Shown: positions 55,600-64,000 of the stretch, in pieces
Layout: each line of letters opens with the position of its first letter
Position numbering within the stretch: position 1 is the first letter of the stretch
Source of the DNA: the human T2T-CHM13v2.0 reference genome, Homo sapiens
NCBI RefSeq assembly: GCF_009914755.1
Contig: NC_060939.1
Length of the DNA: 64,000 nt
Direction: 5' to 3' (one strand)
Position numbers and translations under genes: made by a program
Notes under the pieces: model-generated
The model's database searches: none
What the model was told of the DNA's origin: nothing
Seen by the model: the letters and a program-made list of their open reading frames with translations, nothing else

Positions 55600-56014
55600 T
55601 AGGTCAGAACCCTGCCTTGGCAGGCCAAGTTCAGTGGACTCTTGGGTCCCTGCTGGCCTCATTGCCACTAAGGGTGTGAAACAGGAACCATGGCGGCAAG
55701 CCTGGTCTGGTCCTTTCCTGCTGTATTGGTGCTGGGTTGGGCAGCCACGGCACTGCTGGCCAGCCTCTGATGGGTGAGGGGGCCCCTCACCCCTTGTGCC
55801 CTTCCTGCCCCTTCCCACTGGCTTCCTCCATTGACCTCATGAGCGCAAGCTCCCAGGCCCGTGTGTGTGTTGGGCCGAAGACTGGGGAGGACTGCCCCAC
55901 CTGCCCTTAGCCCCTGCCTGCCCCATCGCCTTCTCCCAGGGAGGCCCAGGGAGGGCCTGGAGGGAGTGCGCATGCCCAGGGTAACCTGTTTCCCTGCCTT
56001 CCGCTTGCTCCCAG

Positions 56015-56020
56015 GTATAA
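56015..56020 (+). CDS. DLL4: DLL4 exon 11 coding part: GTA TAA (terminal Val of the ATEV PDZ ligand plus stop)
   Basis: Acceptor ctcccag|GTATAA gives 685 aa, the known length of human DLL4. Confidence 0.95.
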   Translation, partial: V

Positions 56021-57070
56021 GGCAGGAGCCTACCTGGACATCCCTGCTCAGCCCCGCGGCTGGACCTTCCTTCTGCATTGTTTACATTGCATCCTGGATG
56101 GGACGTTTTTCATATGCAACGTGCTGCTCTCAGGAGGAGGAGGGAATGGCAGGAACCGGACAGACTGTGAACTTGCCAAGAGATGCAATACCCTTCCACA
56201 CCTTTGGGTGTCTGTCTGGCATCAGATTGGCAGCTGCACCAACCAGAGGAACAGAAGAGAAGAGAGATGCCACTGGGCACTGCCCTGCCAGTAGTGGCCT
56301 TCAGGGGGCTCCTTCCGGGGCTCCGGCCTGTTTTCCAGAGAGAGTGGCAGTAGCCCCATGGGGCCCGGAGCTGCTGTGGCCTCCACTGGCATCCGTGTTT
56401 CCAAAAGTGCCTTTGGCCCAGGCTCCACGGCGACAGTTGGGCCCAAATCAGAAAGGAGAGAGGGGGCCAATGAGGGCAGGGCCTCCTGTGGGCTGGAAAA
56501 CCACTGGGTGCGTCTCTTGCTGGGGTTTGCCCTGGAGGTGAGGTGAGTGCTCGAGGGAGGGGAGTGCTTTCTGCCCCATGCCTCCAACTACTGTATGCAG
56601 GCCTGGCTCTCTGGTCTAGGCCCTTTGGGCAAGAATGTCCGTCTACCCGGCTTCCACCACCCTCTGGCCCTGGGCTTCTGTAAGCAGACAGGCAGAGGGC
56701 CTGCCCCTCCCACCAGCCAAGGGTGCCAGGCCTAACTGGGGCACTCAGGGCAGTGTGTTGGAAATTCCACTGAGGGGGAAATCAGGTGCTGCGGCCGCCT
56801 GGGCCCTTTCCTCCCTCAAGCCCATCTCCACAACCTCGAGCCTGGGCTCTGGTCCACTACTGCCCCAGACCACCCTCAAAGCTGGTCTTCAGAAATCAAT
56901 AATATGAGTTTTTATTTTGTTTTTTTTTTTTTTTTGTAGTTTATTTTGGAGTCTAGTATTTCAATAATTTAAGAATCAGAAGCACTGACCTTTCTACATT
57001 TTATAACATTATTTTGTATATAATGTGTATTTATAATATGAAACAGATGTGTACAGGAGTTTATTACTTA
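56021..57070 (+). other. DLL4: DLL4 3'UTR with miR-30 8mer (TGTTTACA 56079-56086), miR-27 8mer (ACTGTGAA 56164-56171), U-rich tract and Pumilio element (TGTATATA 57015-57022)
   Basis: Seed matches read directly from the sequence; miR-30 and miR-27 regulation of DLL4 is established. The 3' end is estimated from the AU-rich block and a downstream GU-rich element. Confidence 0.7.
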
Positions 57071-57450
57071 TTGGGTCCTGTCTTTGTGATGGTACCCCTG
57101 CCCTCTCACCCAAAAAACTCTAAACTCCCTTCTACTGCTGCCATGTGCCCCGCCGGAACCCCTGGGACCCGTGCAGACACTTGGATTTGGCATGTCGTAC
57201 CCCAGGCCCTTGTCTTCTTCCATTCGTTGAGGAGCCGAGCCTCACCCATCTAGTCCCCAGCCTCAGCCAGCCTTCCTTGCCTGCTGACTTTGAGTTGGTA
57301 CAGTGCCCCCTTCCCTCTTTATGCCCTCACCATTCCTGGGGCATGTTCCTCCTGACCTGAATCACTTCTTCCTTCCTCTCTTCAAGCCTGAAAAAGCTTA
57401 TGGGGCTCCCTAGTTCTGCCTGTTTTTCTCATATTCAAAAGGATTCTCTT

Positions 57451-57847
<397 letters not shown>

Positions 57848-59479
57848 TTAGCCCCAGCAGGGTACAGGTCTCAGGAGACAGGGCAGGAGGGAGGTTTGCC
57901 TTGTTTTTCCTCTTTGTAGCAGACAAGAGCGCTGAGAGTCTGAGCACCTTGTCTGCCCAGGGCTGCTAGAATTTATTGAAGACTGCAAAGACAGGGAGAA
58001 AGGGGAGGAGGAGGTAGCCTTCCCTGAGTCCAGGTTTCTCTTGCTGAGGCACTAATGAGGGGGTTTCCAGTCTCACTAGGAGTTTCATGCCTAGCTTCCT
58101 CTAAGGCACAGGATAGTCCCTAGGGTGCCACAGCCCTCTCTATAGCCGAAAATATGCTCCTCCATGGAGAGCAAATTATGAAAAAATGAGCCACTGACAA
58201 AAAGCTGAGCAGATGCTCCCAGCTCTCAGCCTGTCCACAGTAAAGCAAAATAGACCCATTAGATGCCCTGCTCCTAATGGAGTCCAAGGGTTTGGAGTGC
58301 TACTTGCCCTCCCTTTTTTCCTCTCTCCTTGACACAGACACACCATGCCCACCCCAGACCTGGGTGCTTATGCCAGAGACACAGGAGCACGCACACGCTC
58401 CACGCCTCACTCATCGCTCCCTGTTCCCTTCACTGTACACACAGGGTATCAAACAGGAAAGCATTCAGGGAACCGTTCCCACAGCCTGAGCCGGCAGCAG
58501 GGGGAAGAACAACACGACCTCACTCTTCCTGCCCAAAATGAAACAGGAAAGCAGCTCCCAGGCCCTAGGGGTGTACGGGAGGGGGGAACTGGGCTGGGAC
58601 ACGAAGGCAAGATGACGAGGCTCCCATGTGGGGGACAGGTAGGACACCCGCAGCCCTGCACGTCCACAACACCAGGCTGTGACGGGCTGCACAGGCTGCC
58701 AGACTCGCAGAGAAGAGCCCCGGAGAGGAGTTGGCTGGCAAAGCTCACAGCTGCTCTGATGCACTAGATGGGGAGCTGGAGAGCCCACCAAAAAAGCTGG
58801 CTTTCTGGGGAAAGTGGGGACCCATGGGGAACTTGGTCTGGGCAGCTCCGACCTGCAGCTCATGCCAGGCTCCACCTTTAACAACATCCCACAAGCTGGG
58901 CAGGCACTTGGGGTGTAAACAGGCCACAGCGGAGGAAGCCCCTTCTCCCCAGGATTTCCTGAGAGTCCAGCCCCTTCTGATAGGTAAGGCACCCAAGACC
59001 CTCATGATCACTTGAGTGTCCTGGGGTACAGGAGATTTCCTAGGCTTGGCAGAAAGGAGGCCAGATAATGGTTCTAGACTCACTGTGAGGTGCCTTCCAC
59101 AGGTTAGCAAATGCCCACCTTTAATTTGCATGGGTATTTCACCAGGGAATTCGGAGTTTAGTAGTTCCTTAACAGCCTGGAGCCAGTGCCCTGCCTGGAG
59201 AATCAATTTGACCCCACGGTGACCTGAGGACAGCTGCTTTTCCAGGGCCCCTCGGCTGGTAGAGTCAGGGAGGGGTTGTGCAGAAGGAGAAATGACTTTA
59301 TCCTGCTTGCTCAGCCAGGGTTCCCTCTCCTGCCTCAGGGCCAGGGTCAGCCTGGTCGGGGGGTAGGGAAAAAAGGACAGTGGCTCCCACCTCCCCCATC
59401 CCAGGCTAGAAAAGGCCACCAGACTAAACCACGGTGGTGTGGATGCTCCATCTCTTGACTGGGACCCACAGAGCTCTCC

Positions 59480-60450
59480 GTAGCTTCCCTCGCCGCAGCT
59501 CTCCCAGCCTCTCCCTCTGGATCCACAGGATCAGCGGCCCCAGCCCTCCGCCCCACGTGGCTTGCTGCATTCCGGGAAGGGGGTGGAAATGATTCACTGG
59601 GGGAACTGTGACTGTCCCTTCCTCGGGCGGGGATGCGCCTGCGAGGTCCCAGCGGCCTTCCCTGGGCGGCTGCGCCCTCCCTCGCGCCCAGGGCGCCCCG
59701 AGGCCTGCGCGGCGGCGGAAGGGGCAGGTGCGCCTGCCCGCCCGGGTCAGCCCTCCACCTGCCGCCGCCGTGCCCCGCAGCTCCCGCGGCTCCCCGCCCC
59801 CCGCGCTCTTTGTTACAGCCCGACTTCCTGTTTGCGGCAGCCGACCCGGCTCACTTCCCGGGCCGGGAAGCCGCCGAAGGCCGCGAGCTTCTCGGAGGCT
59901 CCCCCGCCCGCTCGGCTCCGCCTCCTGCCTCCCCAATCTCGCTCCGGCCGCGGCCGCGGGAAGCGGAGCCGCGGGCGGGCAGGCGGGCTGGACCGCGCGG
60001 GCCCCGCTGCCCGGCACTAGAGGGCGCTGCGCGGCCGTCGGGGCTGCGCGCGGGAGGGGCCGCCGACCCCGGGAGGCTCTCTGGGGCCGCCCTTTCTCCG
60101 TTCGGGGCCGATGGGACGAAGGCGGCAGGGGGCGGCCAGACGCCCGAGCTCCCTCCGGGCTCCGAGCCCCTAAGCCGAGCGGGCAAAATGGGGAGAACCC
60201 AGTGCGGGGCTTTCCCCCAAATATCCTCCCAGTGTCCTGGGGAACAGGCCCTTTCCCCTGCCCCCGCCGTCGCAGCAGCCAGTCCCCCTCGCCACCCAAC
60301 AGGCCTCCGGCCATCCTGGTCCAGAGACATCCTCAAGGGAAGAGAATGGGGTCGAGGAGGGCCGGACACCGGTGTGAGTTATGGGGCTGGAGCTCCCTTC
60401 CAGCGCCACCCCTCATTGCCGGGTGCTCTGGGACAAGTCCATCTACTTCA
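59480..60450. promoter_or_regulatory. Orphan CpG island about 2.5 kb downstream of DLL4
   Basis: Very high CpG density. SOX CTTTGTT 59808-59814; FOX:ETS ACTTCCTGTTT 59823-59833; CTCF-like GCACTAGAGGGCGC 60014-60027. Confidence 0.75.
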
Positions 60451-60739
60451 TTCCTTCAACACTGATTAGCATTGGAGGCAGGACTTGCTGTCTGCCCAGG
60501 GCCGCTAACTATCTAGCTGCTTATCCTTAACCTCTCTGCGGGTAATGCCTGTTAGGCGTTGCTAGGGGGGTTGAAATGAGGATGTATGGAAGCGTTTGTG
60601 AGCAGTGTTGTAACCTCTGCTGGTGGGTTAATCCTCCTCACGCATCTCTAAGTGAGCCACTTTCTGGAGCTCCCACTGCTCCGGCCCACATCAGCGGGGT
60701 GGGACCTAGGGAGGTTGGGGTCTAGCAGGATAGTCCCAG

Positions 60740-61429
60740 TGTTAGCAGCATCCAGTCCGTGGGGGTCTGCGGCAACCTCAGTTCTTGCCTCCTGAGAAGA
60801 AAGAGTTCCACCAAGGGGCATAAGGCAGAAGGAGAGACTGGGGCAATTTTTAGAGCAGGAGTGAAAGTTTATTACAACGTATTAGAGCAGGAACAAAAGG
60901 AAGTAAAGTACACTTGGAAGAGGGTCAAGTGGGCGACTTGAGAGATTCAAGTGCGCGTTTGAACTCTGATTTGGGGTTTTCTATGTTGGCGTGCATCCCC
61001 CCTCCCTGATTCTTCCCTGAGGATGGGCGGTCCGCATGCCTGAGGCCTGCCAGCTCTTGGGAGGGGTCGCGTGTGCAGTGTGCTTACTGGAGTTGTGCAC
61101 ATGCTCACCTGAGGCATTTTTCCCTCAATACTCGAGCATTCCTAGAGGAAGGTCAGATACCACTTGAGCTCCGCCATTTTGCCTCCTAGTGTAATCGCTT
61201 GAGCCCACTTGCCCACCTCCTGAGATCTTGTCGGGAAGCTGCTGATCAGTTTCAGGTGTTCCTCTCTATTCAGAGACTGCCTTTCCCCGGTGCGGGCTGC
61301 AACAATTGTTATTTTAGAGAGACAGGGTAACAACCACCTGACCATCACCTGACGGTTGCCTGAGATTCCTGATGGGGGTCGAGGGCCCTCTCCTTTGCTG
61401 CTTATGCCTGTCTACTACCTACTGTTACA
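60740..61429 (-). mobile_element. Solo ERV1 LTR (MER4 group, MER50-like)
   Basis: TG...CA termini; 4-bp TSD CCAG at 60736-60739 and 61430-61433; minus-strand AATAAA at 60868-60873 in the context AATAAACTTTCACTCCTGCTCTAAAA typical of this LTR group. Subfamily is from memory. Confidence 0.8.
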
Positions 61430-63114
61430 CCAGCAGTAGCCCTAGGACCAAGCAAGGCAGCTGAGATCACAGGTTTCCGTCACCATCACTTCCATGTGCT
61501 CCTGCCTTCCAGGAGCATCACTAATCTACGTCAACCTCCTCTGATGTAGGCAGAGGTAGAAGGGAGGCCCTTGCTGTGGGAAGGGGCAGCAGGACCCCCA
61601 AGTCCTTAAGAGTCACCTTCCCTTTGGAGATCTGCCACAAGTGACTTTTTACCACCTTTCTCTGGTCTCTGGGGCATGGTACCCCTTAACACTCTGGTCA
61701 AGAGTGGGCTCAGCTTATTTCCTTCATCCCCAAAGTTTCTCTGAGGCCAGGACGCAGGGCCCAAGAAGCCAAGTGAGTCTACAGCCAGACCCTCATGATG
61801 GTAACCAGCATCACAGGAATCCGGATTTAGCAACAGGTCGGCTCTGGCGCAGAAGTGCCCCGTGTCATGGCACCCCCTGCAGGGTAGAGCCACAGCCCTG
61901 CCAGGCATGGCTAGCCTGTCTGTCTCTAGTGACCCCTCCTCCTGGTGAGGCTTGGGGTTTTGCACACCGGCACTGGCCATTTGACTTGTTGGAGGATTGC
62001 TGTCCTTTTCCCACAGTGGCAGGTGTTGGGGCAAGGCTCATGGTACTAAGCCCAGTCTGTTCCGTTTCATTCCTATACCAGCAACTGCCATCCTCAGCGC
62101 TTCCTCTTCTGTCTCTCTGGTAGAGGAGATCTGAAAGGCCCTGGACATTCTCCATTCTATTAGCAGTGGGCCCTAGGGAAGAAGGGATCCCAGTTGCTCT
62201 CATTCATTTAAAGGGCTTCACTGCCTTGGCTCCCTGTGGGCCGCAGAATCTACACCACCACCCAGGCCCCTTGTGAGCACCTTGACTTCTCCACAATGTA
62301 GGTTTTCTGAGGCTTCTCTTCTAGAGCCAGGTCCCACCACACCACAGCATTTCCATGAGATCTGAGGCTCACCCCAACCCTGTGGATCTCCTCTCTTTAC
62401 AGCCCTGTCGCCCCACTGAAATGCTCCCCACTACAGCTTCTCCTCAGCCCTGCAATGGGTTGCTTCCTGTCCCCACAAATTGTACTTTTCTGTCTCCTTG
62501 GAATTGGGAGCACCACCCACCAGTCCTCTGTTGGAACCCCAGCTTCTTTCCTTCCAGGTAGACGAGGACTGAGCTCTGGATAACTGGAATACCGGCCACA
62601 CCAGAGGTGCCTGGTCAGCCGGACCTCTCCACCTCCTTGGAGGCTAGAAAATGGGCAGAAAGCCAGGTTTTTCCGCCATCCCAGGCACCCTTTTGCTAGG
62701 ATATGAGTGAATCTTTACAGTCCCTGCTTTCGTGGACCAATGGCCAAGCAGCCTTCCCCACTTGGCCCTGGGTTTGGCTGGTACGCCCTGCAGAACAGCT
62801 GCCTGGGACTGTCTCTCCCTCTTCTGAGGAGGACTGTATGCAGGGATCCACTACTCCATCTGCCCCTCCTTTGGCCAGAATGTCGGTGGGACCTAGGTCC
62901 TCTTCGCACAAGACCTGAAGACCTGCAGACACACTTACCTCTCAGAGGTCCGTGGGAGGTATGGTTCCTCATAGATGGTGGATTATTTACTAATTTATTT
63001 ATTTTAGCACCTTCACCCTATGCATACACAGAAAATCTCTCTTGGCTCAAGCAACTGTTTGTTCTGTCAATAGGATGTTTGTTCTGCTAATAGTGTGCTT
63101 GGGTAAGACCATTA

Positions 63115-63895
<781 letters not shown>

Positions 63896-64000
63896 CTCCA
63901 CATTTCTTTGGCACCCTACTTGCTAGAACAATCTGTGAATTGCATGGCGAGGATGGAGAGTGAGATAGCTGGAGATTTCCTCTACTGATCCTAAAATGCT

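Noticed and set aside
59424-60469. Three overlapping ORFs of 278-296 aa on both strands
   Set aside because: Open in several frames at once because the CpG island lacks stops; low-complexity products.

Overview
Primate, Alu-rich genomic DNA. From the encoded proteins I recognise it as the human VPS18-DLL4 locus (chr15q15.1 from memory, not verified here). Two complete + strand genes can be assembled from canonical GT-AG junctions. VPS18 has 5 coding exons (12775-21347) and encodes the 973 aa HOPS/CORVET core subunit. DLL4 has 11 coding exons (47652-56020) and encodes the 685 aa Notch ligand; its last exon encodes only the terminal Val of the ATEV PDZ ligand. The rest is Alu, L1, L2, MIR and Tigger repeats, a solo ERV1 LTR with intact 4-bp TSD (60740-61429), CpG islands, and several motif clusters: the DLL4 intron-3 SOX/ETS/MEF2/RBPJ enhancer, candidate upstream and downstream endothelial enhancers, FOXN/E-box clusters and CTCF-like sites. 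I found no new protein-coding gene or RNA gene, and no convincing new biological system. The best leads are splicing and regulatory: two routes to a PDZ-less DLL4, a UG-repeat-flanked candidate poison exon in DLL4 intron 6, a cryptic VPS18 acceptor that creates a stop exactly at the normal AG, two unexplained ancient local duplications, and four cases of Alus re-inserting into the same target site. Repeat boundaries and subfamily names are by-eye estimates.
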